From a virus (taxonomy: Duplodnaviria; Caudoviricetes): a DNA stretch of 64,000 nt. Each line of letters begins with the position of its first letter. Positions within the stretch are counted from its first letter, which is position 1. The position numbers and the translations under genes were made by a program. Positions 26,724 through 35,601 of this stretch are shown in pieces. The notes beneath the pieces are model-generated. The model saw nothing but the letters and a program-made list of their open reading frames with translations, had not been told where the DNA came from and did no database searches. The stretch lies in the IMG/VR virus record IMGVR_UViG_3300042523_000723, positions 21,811 through 85,810 of that record. One strand, 5' to 3'.

Positions 26724-28634
26724 ATGGCAAAAAAAACAATATTCCAACAATTAAACGATTTATTTGGCCCAGAGGTTGTGAAACCGCAAAATAAATCAAG
26801 GTATTCAATTAACGATAAAGAACTTCTTAAAACTAAATCTAAAGAAGAATATGATTTTGAAAAGTTAAAAAGACAACAAGATTCGTATCTTTCTAATATG
26901 TGGCAAAAAGTGGATAATGAAATCTACCAACATTCCATATATTATGAAACAACTAGGTTAGCATCTTATGCGGATTTTGAGGGTATGGAGTTTTTTCCCG
27001 AAATCGCCGCCGCATTAGATATAATGATGGAAGAATCTACCACATTAAATTCGGATAACAAAGTTATTAACATATTTTCTGAAAGTAGGAGAGTTAGAAG
27101 AATATTAGAAGACTTATTTTTTAATAGATTAGATATACATACATCATTACCTATGTGGACGAGAAATGTTTGTAAATATGGTGATGATTTTTTATTCCTC
27201 AATATAGATAGTGAAGAAGGGATTACAGGTGTTAAACAATTACCAAATATTGAGATTAGTAGAAAGGAAAATGAAGGTTTCGGTGAAAATCCTGCGAATG
27301 CCGAAACTGATAAAATTAACCCAATTAAATTTATATGGGGTCAAAGAAATATTGAGTTTAATGCGTGGCAAATCGCACACTTTAGGTTGTTGGGCGATGA
27401 TAGGAGACTACCTTACGGAACTTCAATGTTGGAAAAAGCGAGAAGGATATGGAAACAATTGTTACTTTCTGAAGATGCGATGTTGATATACAGAGTAACT
27501 AGGGCACCTGAAAGAAGAATCTTTAAAATATTTGTCGGTAACATTGATGAGAAAGATGTACCCGCATATGTTAACAATATTGCGAATAATTTTAAAAGAA
27601 GTCCTGTTATTGATCAAAACACGGGGCAGGTAGACACTAGATATAATCAAATGGCTCAGGACCAAGACTATTTTATCCCAGTAAGAGACACAAACGCACC
27701 TTCACCAATAGAGACTCTACCAGGAGCATCTAACCTATCTGAGATTGCAGACATTCAATACCTTCAGAAAAAATTGTTTACTGCACTTAGAGTACCTAAA
27801 CCATTCTTAGGATTTGAGGAGGTTAATGGTGAAGGTAAAAACTTAGCGTTACAAGATATTAGATTTGCTAGAACAATCAATAGAATTCAACAAGCAATGA
27901 TACAAGAATTAAATAAGATTGCTATCATTCATTTATATATTTTAGGGTTAGAAGATGAGTTAGAAAACTTTACACTAACATTGAATAACCCGTCTACTCA
28001 GGCAGAGATGTTAAAGGTAGAACAAACTCAATTAAAGGTAACCCTATATAAAGATGTAGTATCAGATGCGGGTAATGGATTCGGAACAATGTCAATGACT
28101 AGGGCGAAAAAAGAAATTTTAGGAATGTCTGAAGAAGAAATAAGAAATGATTTAGAACAACAAAGATTAGAAAAAGCTGCCGCAGCAGAAATGGAACAAA
28201 CCGCAACTATCATTAAGAAGACAGGTATCTTTGATAGGGTAGATAAACTTTATGGTGATTTTTCTACATTAACCGGTGGTGTACCCGCAGAGGGTGGTGG
28301 TGAAGAAGGTGAAGGCACAGGTGGTGATGACTTAGGTGGGTTCGGAACAGACACTGGAGGTGACTTAGGTGGAATCGGAACAGACACTGGTGGTGCAGAA
28401 CCCGCACCAACCGAAGAGTCAATAAAGAAAAAAGACAATCTTTTATTAGAGCAAGGAAGAAGAAGATACGAAGAGAAAGTTAATAAATATCAAAGAATTT
28501 ATTTAAATAGACTTATGGAAAGTTTAGATAAGGATGAAAGGGTTTTTAACTTAGATGAGGTAGAAAAGGATACTGAAATACTAAACTCTAAAATTAGTGA
28601 TATGGCAAAAGAAATCGATAATTTAATTAAATAG
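26724..28634 (+). CDS. portal protein (T4 gp20-like)
   Basis: PEIAAALDI, EDAMLIYRVTRAPERRIFKIFVGN, QDYFIPVR, IETLPG, ALRVPK. Confidence 0.93.
   Translation: MAKKTIFQQLNDLFGPEVVKPQNKSRYSINDKELLKTKSKEEYDFEKLKRQQDSYLSNMWQKVDNEIYQHSIYYETTRLASYADFEGMEFFPEIAAALDIMMEESTTLNSDNKVINIFSESRRVRRILEDLFFNRLDIHTSLPMWTRNVCKYGDDFLFLNIDSEEGITGVKQLPNIEISRKENEGFGENPANAETDKINPIKFIWGQRNIEFNAWQIAHFRLLGDDRRLPYGTSMLEKARRIWKQLLLSEDAMLIYRVTRAPERRIFKIFVGNIDEKDVPAYVNNIANNFKRSPVIDQNTGQVDTRYNQMAQDQDYFIPVRDTNAPSPIETLPGASNLSEIADIQYLQKKLFTALRVPKPFLGFEEVNGEGKNLALQDIRFARTINRIQQAMIQELNKIAIIHLYILGLEDELENFTLTLNNPSTQAEMLKVEQTQLKVTLYKDVVSDAGNGFGTMSMTRAKKEILGMSEEEIRNDLEQQRLEKAAAAEMEQTATIIKKTGIFDRVDKLYGDFSTLTGGVPAEGGGEEGEGTGGDDLGGFGTDTGGDLGGIGTDTGGAEPAPTEESIKKKDNLLLEQGRRRYEEKVNKYQRIYLNRLMESLDKDERVFNLDEVEKDTEILNSKISDMAKEIDNLIK
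28329..28394 (+). repeat. 33-nt tandem repeat in portal C-terminal tail
   Basis: DLGGFGTDTGG / DLGGIGTDTGG. Confidence 0.8.
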
Positions 28635-28636
28635 AA

Positions 28637-28673
28637 CTTTTTTATAAATTCAGAATATTTATTTATAAAAAAG
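28637..28673 (+). promoter_or_regulatory. 13-bp hairpin enclosing late-promoter motif
   Basis: CTTTTTTATAAAT / ATTTATAAAAAAG perfect stem; ATATTTAT at 28655-28662; ATG at 28677. Confidence 0.6.
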
Positions 28674-28676
28674 AAC

Positions 28677-29441
28677 ATGGAGAATTTTGGTAATATTAAA
28701 GATACCTTTAAAAATTTAGTAGTAGAGTCTATAATTAAAAAAAACGAAAAGAGTAAAAAACTATTTTCTAAATTTTTAAAAACAATTAAAGAAAATAAAA
28801 CATTAAAGAATCAATATCTAATTTATAGTAATTTACAAAATAGTAGGTTCGATGATGGTGTTGAGGCGAAAGAATTCGTTAAGGAGAATATTGAACTACT
28901 TAAAGGTTTAAACGAAGGACATATCGTAAAAGGTAATGAGTTTTTCGTTAAATTACTTAAAGGTAATAAAATCATAAAAGAAAATCAAGAATTCTATAAT
29001 AAAATATCTTATTTAGTTAACACCGAAAAAACACCTTCGAATATTAAAAAAATTAATGAGACAATTAATTATATAGTTAAAAATATGTTAGAAAAAGAGG
29101 AAGTAAAAGAGGTTGTTACGGAAAGTGTATATTTACCACCTAGTGTGTTAACAAAATTGGCAGTAAATAAGTTTAATTCTAGATATTCTAACATTAGTGA
29201 GTCAGAAAAAGAAATCATTAAAACAGTACTTAATGGTACAAGTGAAGATAAAGAAAATATTTTCAATAAATTAAAAAGAGAGTGTATTGATGGTATCGAT
29301 ACTAAATTAAATGAGTCTTCTGATTTAGATCTTAAAGATAAACTATTAAAAGTTAAGGATAAACTACTGAACAATAGTTTCAACATAGATTCTTTTACTA
29401 CTGATATTACAAGATTACACGATTTAAAAGAATCAATATAA
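28677..29441 (+). CDS. putative prohead core/assembly protein
   Basis: Lies between portal and protease; many (I/L/V)xE sites (VVES, IKEN, LNES). Confidence 0.6.
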   Translation: MENFGNIKDTFKNLVVESIIKKNEKSKKLFSKFLKTIKENKTLKNQYLIYSNLQNSRFDDGVEAKEFVKENIELLKGLNEGHIVKGNEFFVKLLKGNKIIKENQEFYNKISYLVNTEKTPSNIKKINETINYIVKNMLEKEEVKEVVTESVYLPPSVLTKLAVNKFNSRYSNISESEKEIIKTVLNGTSEDKENIFNKLKRECIDGIDTKLNESSDLDLKDKLLKVKDKLLNNSFNIDSFTTDITRLHDLKESI

Positions 29442-29461
29442 CTAATAAAAAAATAAGAAAA

Positions 29462-29812
29462 ATGAAAAAAAGAGTAATAAGACTTAGTGAATCTGATTTA
29501 CAAAGAATTGTAAAAAGAGTGATTAAAGAAAATATGATTAATGAATTAGGTGGGATGGACGATGGACACCCTAGATTCGGTGATGTTAAATTTTCTGATT
29601 TATCGAGAGACGAAATATTAAGAATGGGTGGTAGTGAATACTCAGAAGATTCTGACGATGATTTAACTGATGACAATGAATATTATGACTTTGATGGTGA
29701 TATTGATGACTTAAAGGGTGGTCGTAGAGGGAAATTGCCAATTATGAGGTCAATGCCTTCACGACATAATACCGGAGATAGACCGTTCAGAAGAGGAAAT
29801 AGAAAAATGTAA
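29462..29812 (+). CDS. leader-bearing small internal-protein-like product
   Basis: MKKRVIRLSESDLQRIVKRVIKENMINE leader; acidic middle, Arg-rich tail. Confidence 0.7.
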   Translation: MKKRVIRLSESDLQRIVKRVIKENMINELGGMDDGHPRFGDVKFSDLSRDEILRMGGSEYSEDSDDDLTDDNEYYDFDGDIDDLKGGRRGKLPIMRSMPSRHNTGDRPFRRGNRKM

Positions 29813-29815
29813 AAA

Positions 29816-29884
29816 AACGGATTAGGGCCGTTATTGTCTACGGACAAATATTACCCACTAGAGTTCGCTACTATAGTGGGTTTT
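29816..29884 (+). terminator. three tandem hairpins ending in an intrinsic terminator (candidate structured RNA)
   Basis: AACGG/CCGTT, TTGTC/GACAA, ACCCACTA/TAGTGGGT-TTT. Confidence 0.6.
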
Positions 29885-29898
29885 ATTTGCGATTAAAT

Positions 29899-29927
29899 TT
29901 GACATTTCACGAATATTTTTGTATTAT
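29899..29927 (+). promoter_or_regulatory. early promoter
   Basis: TTGACA-N17-TATTAT, also containing TATTTTTG (TAnnTTTG). Confidence 0.55.
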
Positions 29928-29970
29928 TATTAACAAACTTTTAAATAACAATACATGAAAAAAATTATGA

Positions 29971-30408
29971 ATGAAATTAGGAAAAGAAATCAAATTAGAT
30001 TTATTAGAAAACTATAAAACTAAGATTGGTACTGTTAACAACAAAGAATCAAAAAGTATCTATATTAATCTATCTGCGTGGGGCGAATTAGATGAATTAG
30101 ACGAAAATCTAAATTACGAATATTTTTTAAGTAATTTAAGAAAAAAAATAAAACAAAAATTAAACAACTATCTAGATCAAGATTTATACTACAATAACAA
30201 ATACATTGTAGATTTAGATATGAGAACTTCAGGACTATCAGTAGAAAAAAAAAGTTTTATGTCTTGTGAAATAACACTCTTCCAAAAAAGACATTATCCG
30301 TTAAACAACCCAAAAATTATAGATAGTACTAAAAGTATTATTTATAATGTCGTAAAAAATTGTATAGAAACCAATAACGTTTTTACTTTCCATAAGAGAA
30401 AAAAATAA
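29971..30408 (+). CDS. hypothetical protein
   Basis: 145-aa ORF with its own early-type promoter. Confidence 0.7.
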   Translation: MKLGKEIKLDLLENYKTKIGTVNNKESKSIYINLSAWGELDELDENLNYEYFLSNLRKKIKQKLNNYLDQDLYYNNKYIVDLDMRTSGLSVEKKSFMSCEITLFQKRHYPLNNPKIIDSTKSIIYNVVKNCIETNNVFTFHKRKK

Positions 30409-30418
30409 TTTTTTTAAC

Positions 30419-30453
30419 ATAGTGATATATTTATTATTAAAGTATATCACTAT
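30419..30453 (+). promoter_or_regulatory. 11-bp hairpin enclosing late-promoter motif before the protease start
   Basis: ATAGTGATATA / TATATCACTAT; ATATTTAT at 30427-30434; ATG at 30455. Confidence 0.65.
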
Positions 30454-30454
30454 T

Positions 30455-32266
30455 ATGGAAATATTAAAAAATAACGATAGCAATAAGAGGGGTGTCCTTA
30501 TTGAGTATGATTCGGGATACATTTCACCAAAAGATAACCAGAACTTTATTAGTGAAATGACTAAACTATCAAAAGGGGAACCTATCATAGAGGAACCTTT
30601 GATAGTTTATGCGGTTATGCAAAAATATGGGGTAGAAAACAGAAATGGAAGAGTATACCCTGAAGCTATACTTAGACGAGAAGCGGAAAACTACCTTAAA
30701 CTTATTAAAGAAAAAAGAGCGTTAGGGGAATGCGTACCTGAAGGTACTGAGATTTACACCACTGATGGGTGGTTTAAAATTGAGGATGTTAAAGTTGGTG
30801 ATAAAATTTTAACAATGAATATTGATACCAACTTCATTGAGGAACAAAATGTTACGGATACTATCAAAAAACAATATGACGATGACTTAATCCATATCTA
30901 TAACAATAGTAGTTTAGACATGAAAATCACTAAAAAACATAAAGTAGTATTATGGGATAGAAATGATAAATCTTATATCTTAACTGGTGAAGAATTATAT
31001 GATAAAATAAAAAATAAAGATTCTAAAGTATCTCATTCTTATATTAAACATTCCGCAGAATGGGTAGGTGATTCACCTAAAACTTATACATTAAAAAATA
31101 GTGATATTACTATAGATATAGAAGATTGGGTTTCTTTTTTAGGTATTTTTATTGCCGATGGACATTGTAGTGGAACTAAAGGTGGCAATAAGAAAAATTT
31201 AGTATGTATTACACAAGTGAAGGAAGAGTCCTCAAAAATGATTGAGTCTTTACTTGAACGGTTACCTTTTAAATATAGTGTATCAGATAACAGACAATAT
31301 AACATATATAGTAAAGAATTATATGATGAATTGTTCAGTTTAGGGAATTCATATCAAAAACATATACCTAATTATATTAAACAATACTCACCGGAATTGT
31401 TAAATATTTTATTAGATTGGTTATTACTTGGTGATGGAAGAAACAGACACAATAGTAAAAATGAATTAATTAAAGAATATGTCACTACATCAAAATCTTT
31501 GGCAGATGACGTATTCGAAATTATAGTAAAACTAGGGTACGGTGCAACAATTAACACAATCACACCAAAAGATAGAATTATTGTTGATGAAAACGTAGTC
31601 TTTAGTGAGGTTGAAAATGAAGATGGAACAATTTCTTTAATTAAAGAAAAAATTAAAACTAAACGATTAATAAAATCTTCTGATTCTAAAGTATTATATA
31701 ATGTACACCTTAGAACTAATAAGGGAATTTATTTAGATCATAGATTTATAAAGATTGATAAGATTAAACATAATGATTATGTATACTGTGTAACTGTCCC
31801 TAATAGTACGTGGTTAATGAGATCAAATAATAAGATCTCTTGGACACATAATTGTGACCACCCAGAATCATCTATTGTTGCGGTAAGTAGAATTTCTCAT
31901 AATGTGGTAGACCTTTGGTGGGAAGGTAATGTACTTATGGGTAAGTTAGAAATCATTATGTCACCGGGATTCGTAAACCAAGGAATTATATCTTGTGAAG
32001 GTGACAGAGTAGCGAATTATTTGAGAAAAGGTTTAAAGATTGGTGTGTCATCAAGAGGTGTAGGTTCTTTGGAAAAAGAAGGTGGTAAGAATATAGTGCA
32101 AGACGATTTTGAATTAATTTGTTGGGATATTGTTACCTCACCGTCTACTCCAGGTTCTTGGATTTATAGTGATGTTCCATCTAGAGAACAACAGATGTCT
32201 GAGTCGAATATTAAAAAAGAAGATGCTATCCTTAAAGATAATTTAAATAATTTTTTACTCGATTAG
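30455..32266 (+). CDS. prohead protease (T4 gp21-like) containing an intein
   Basis: NRNGRVYP, RALGE|CDHP, ISH, GVSSRGVGS, WDIVTSPSTPG; start moved to ATG 30455. Confidence 0.93.
   Translation: MEILKNNDSNKRGVLIEYDSGYISPKDNQNFISEMTKLSKGEPIIEEPLIVYAVMQKYGVENRNGRVYPEAILRREAENYLKLIKEKRALGECVPEGTEIYTTDGWFKIEDVKVGDKILTMNIDTNFIEEQNVTDTIKKQYDDDLIHIYNNSSLDMKITKKHKVVLWDRNDKSYILTGEELYDKIKNKDSKVSHSYIKHSAEWVGDSPKTYTLKNSDITIDIEDWVSFLGIFIADGHCSGTKGGNKKNLVCITQVKEESSKMIESLLERLPFKYSVSDNRQYNIYSKELYDELFSLGNSYQKHIPNYIKQYSPELLNILLDWLLLGDGRNRHNSKNELIKEYVTTSKSLADDVFEIIVKLGYGATINTITPKDRIIVDENVVFSEVENEDGTISLIKEKIKTKRLIKSSDSKVLYNVHLRTNKGIYLDHRFIKIDKIKHNDYVYCVTVPNSTWLMRSNNKISWTHNCDHPESSIVAVSRISHNVVDLWWEGNVLMGKLEIIMSPGFVNQGIISCEGDRVANYLRKGLKIGVSSRGVGSLEKEGGKNIVQDDFELICWDIVTSPSTPGSWIYSDVPSREQQMSESNIKKEDAILKDNLNNFLLD
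30731..31852 (+). mobile_element. 374-aa intein with LAGLIDADG endonuclease
   Basis: CVPEGTEI...ITKKH...FLGIFIADG...WLLLGDG...VYCVTVP...SWTHN|C. Confidence 0.9.
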
Positions 32267-32365
32267 TAAAATAATTAACACTTTTCTAAAATATCGCATA
32301 TTTATTTAGTGAACGTATAACATTGCGTTAAATAATAATTAATAACAATTAAAAAAAAAAGTAAA

Positions 32366-33721
32366 ATGGCTGAAAAAAAGAAATCAATCATCGAAGAGGC
32401 TTTACTAGAAGCAAAGTCTTTAGAGGATGCCTTAAAAGCCAATACGAAAGAAATGCTTGCGGCACTTATGTCCAAGGAATTTGAAAGTATCGTCGAGTCA
32501 TCTTTGAAAAAGGGAGATGAAGAAAAAGAAAAAAAAGTCTCAGAACAAGAAGATGAGATAGATTTAGAAATGATCGATACAGAAGTTAAAGGATCCGATG
32601 ATGAAGAAGAAGAAGAAGACCTTTTAGATCTTGAAGATGAAGAATCTGATGAGGTGGAAGACATCGAATTAGATTTAGATGATGAAGTATCTGATGAAGA
32701 GTCTGATGACATTGAACTTGACTTAGACACCGACCTAGACTTAGACGCTAGTGAAGGTGAAGAAGGAGAGGAAATGAAATTAGATTTAGAATTACCTTTT
32801 ATGGGTATGGGAGGAGAAGAAGTAATGGACTTAACAGGTGCGTCTGATGACGAAGTTGTTAAAGTTTTCAAAAAACTCTCTGACGATGATGAAGTAGAAG
32901 TTGTAAAAGATGCTGGTGGTATCCATCTAACAGATAATAAAACAGGTGCAGAGTATTACATTAAGGAATCTATGGATGAAATGAGACATTCTATGAACGA
33001 AAAAGAGTATTGCGCTGAAGGGAATTGCGGTTCTATGTACGAAGAAGTAATGTACGAGATAGAATTAGACGAAGATTCCGACATGATGGAAATGTTTAAA
33101 GAAATGGGTGGTATGAAAAAAAGTCACTATGGTGAAGACTACCACATGGAAGAAGGCGCTTACATTGATGAGGAAGAAGAAAAATTAGAAGAGGACAAAC
33201 TACAAAGACACAGAAAGTTCGCTGGTAAACAAAGATACAGTGGCACTAAAGTGGGTAGAAGAGACGAATCTATAAAACTTCGTAAACCTTTAGTAAATAG
33301 AACCCCAAAATCATCTACAGTTTCTGAATCTAAGATAATGAAAGAATACACAGAGTTAAAATCTAAAAACGAAGAGTATAAGAAAGCACTTAATGTATTC
33401 AAAGACAAACTTAATGAGGTGGCTTTGTTTAACACTAACTTAGCGTATGTGAATAGAATCTTCACTGAGCATTCGACAACGAAAAAAGAAAAAATGGATA
33501 TCCTTAAGAGGTTTGACAATGCTGAGTCGATAAAAGAGTCTAAGAACATATACAAAACAATTAAGACTGAGTTAGATAATAAGAAACCAATTAACGAGTC
33601 AGTACAAAAAAAAGTTAATAAGACTATTGAGTCGTCAAAGTCGCAAAATCTAAATGAGTCTACAGCATATGTAGATCCACAGATATCTGCGATTAAAGAT
33701 TTAATGAGAAGAATCTCATAA
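32366..33721 (+). CDS. prohead scaffold/core protein (gp22-like)
   Basis: Acidic coiled-coil between protease and MCP; many LxE/IxE sites; ATATTTAT at 32298-32305. Confidence 0.8.
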   Translation: MAEKKKSIIEEALLEAKSLEDALKANTKEMLAALMSKEFESIVESSLKKGDEEKEKKVSEQEDEIDLEMIDTEVKGSDDEEEEEDLLDLEDEESDEVEDIELDLDDEVSDEESDDIELDLDTDLDLDASEGEEGEEMKLDLELPFMGMGGEEVMDLTGASDDEVVKVFKKLSDDDEVEVVKDAGGIHLTDNKTGAEYYIKESMDEMRHSMNEKEYCAEGNCGSMYEEVMYEIELDEDSDMMEMFKEMGGMKKSHYGEDYHMEEGAYIDEEEEKLEEDKLQRHRKFAGKQRYSGTKVGRRDESIKLRKPLVNRTPKSSTVSESKIMKEYTELKSKNEEYKKALNVFKDKLNEVALFNTNLAYVNRIFTEHSTTKKEKMDILKRFDNAESIKESKNIYKTIKTELDNKKPINESVQKKVNKTIESSKSQNLNESTAYVDPQISAIKDLMRRIS

Positions 33722-33760
33722 AAATAATAAAATAACAAAAATTAAAAAATAATAAAAAAA

Positions 33761-35515
33761 ATGGGACATTTGTTAAATTCAGGTCAAGTCGGAAACATCG
33801 GACTAGAGCACCTAAAGCAAATCAGATCTAAAACTATTTCTAAGTGGACCTCATTAGGTTTCCTTGAAGGTTTGAAAGGTCACGTAAAAGAGAACATCGC
33901 ACAATTGTACGAAAACCAAGCATCTTCTTTACTTAATGAGTCGACTTCGTCTGATTCATCAGGTTCATTCGAGACAGTGGTATTTCCAATTGTACGAAGA
34001 GTATTCTCTAAATTATTGGCTAACGATATCGTATCGGTACAAGCGATGAACATGCCAATTGGAAAATTATTCTTCTTTGTACCTAAAACATCATCTACAC
34101 AAGTTCCTTTGAACGGTAAAGATGGTTCCGCTAACGGATCATTACCAGCATGTGTTATTTCTGGATGTAATGAAGATACACTTATCACTCCATTCTTAGA
34201 GAAGTCACTATATGACTTATACTATAATGATGGATTGTTTGACGCATCTAAAGGTAAAAAAATCGTTTTTGCTGGGGCAGGTTTCTATGGTGCAACACTT
34301 AACGCTAATGGTGTGAAAGTACCTACTAATTTATCATCACAACCTAAAGCTTCGGATGGTTCATTCAGAAGTGTTAAAATGTGTGTAACAGGTTTCTCTA
34401 CTACTAACGCAGGTAGATTAACTGGACCAGACGGAAACGAAATGGATACTGAATCTTTCTTATCTTCTTTATCAGTAGTTTCTACACCAGCAATTGTTGA
34501 TGGTGATGGTAAACAAATTATTGCTGCAGGTGGTAGTGTACCATTTAGAGTAGTAACTCAGAAATACGGAAGAGGTATCGTTGATTATGGTGATATCTGT
34601 ACTCCTGATGGATGTTTACTAATCGAATTGGACCTTACACATCCAGCTTGTATTGATTGTTCTTCTGCTAACTTTGACGGATATGTTGGTGCGGCAACTG
34701 GAACTTCATTTACAGGTTTGACTGTAGCTTGGTCCAGATACGAATCATTAGAATTCTCAACTGAAATGGGTGAGGTATCATTCGAACTTGATGAAGTTGT
34801 GGTTTCTGTAACAGAAAGAAAACTAAGAGCTACTTGGTCACCAGAATTGGCACAAGACGTTAGTGCATTCCATAACATTGATGCAGAAGCAGAACTTACG
34901 GCGTTATTGTCTGAGCAAGTTGCGGCGGAAATCGATAGAGAGATCCTAAGAGACTTAAGAAAAGGTTCGGCTTGGCAATTGAGATGGGATTACAACGGAT
35001 GGAAACGAGCTAACAATGGTGGTGGTTTCAACGCTTACACTCAAAAAGAGTGGAATCAAACGTTGATTACTAAAATCAATCAAATCTCAGCTCAAATTCA
35101 TAAGGCTACTTTAAGAGGTGGTGCTAACTTCATCGTTGTTTCGTCTGAAGTTTCTGCTATCTTTGATGACTTAGAATACTTCCACGTATCTAACGCATCT
35201 CCAGAGCAAGATCAGTACAATATGGGTATTGAGAAGATTGGTTCATTAGGAGGAAGATATACTGTATATCGTGATCCATATGCACCGGCTAACTCAATCA
35301 TCATTGGACACAAAGGAAAATCATTGTTGGATACTGGGTACGTTTACGCACCTTACGTACCTCTACAATTGACTCCTACGTTACAAAACCCGTTCAACTT
35401 CGCACCAACGAAGGGTATCATGACTAGATACGCTAAGAAAATGGTTAATAACCGTTTCTATGGTGTAGTTACAGTTGATGGAGTTCAAACATTCGATGTA
35501 AACGAATTGAGATAA
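33761..35515 (+). CDS. major capsid protein (T4 gp23-like)
   Basis: ENQ...LLNE|S, PIVRRV, VSVQAM, RKLRATWSPELAQD...H.IDAEAEL, EIDREI, YAPYVPL, GIMTRY. Confidence 0.96.
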   Translation: MGHLLNSGQVGNIGLEHLKQIRSKTISKWTSLGFLEGLKGHVKENIAQLYENQASSLLNESTSSDSSGSFETVVFPIVRRVFSKLLANDIVSVQAMNMPIGKLFFFVPKTSSTQVPLNGKDGSANGSLPACVISGCNEDTLITPFLEKSLYDLYYNDGLFDASKGKKIVFAGAGFYGATLNANGVKVPTNLSSQPKASDGSFRSVKMCVTGFSTTNAGRLTGPDGNEMDTESFLSSLSVVSTPAIVDGDGKQIIAAGGSVPFRVVTQKYGRGIVDYGDICTPDGCLLIELDLTHPACIDCSSANFDGYVGAATGTSFTGLTVAWSRYESLEFSTEMGEVSFELDEVVVSVTERKLRATWSPELAQDVSAFHNIDAEAELTALLSEQVAAEIDREILRDLRKGSAWQLRWDYNGWKRANNGGGFNAYTQKEWNQTLITKINQISAQIHKATLRGGANFIVVSSEVSAIFDDLEYFHVSNASPEQDQYNMGIEKIGSLGGRYTVYRDPYAPANSIIIGHKGKSLLDTGYVYAPYVPLQLTPTLQNPFNFAPTKGIMTRYAKKMVNNRFYGVVTVDGVQTFDVNELR

Positions 35516-35535
35516 TCGATTTAAAGAGTGAATAT

Positions 35536-35564
35536 AAAAGGGTAGATTTTGTCTACCCTTTTTT
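35536..35564 (+). terminator. intrinsic terminator after MCP
   Basis: AAAAGGGTAGA-ttttg-TCTACCCTTTTTT. Confidence 0.85.
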
Positions 35565-35601
35565 GTTTTATAAGATATTTATTATTATATTTACATTATA
35601 T

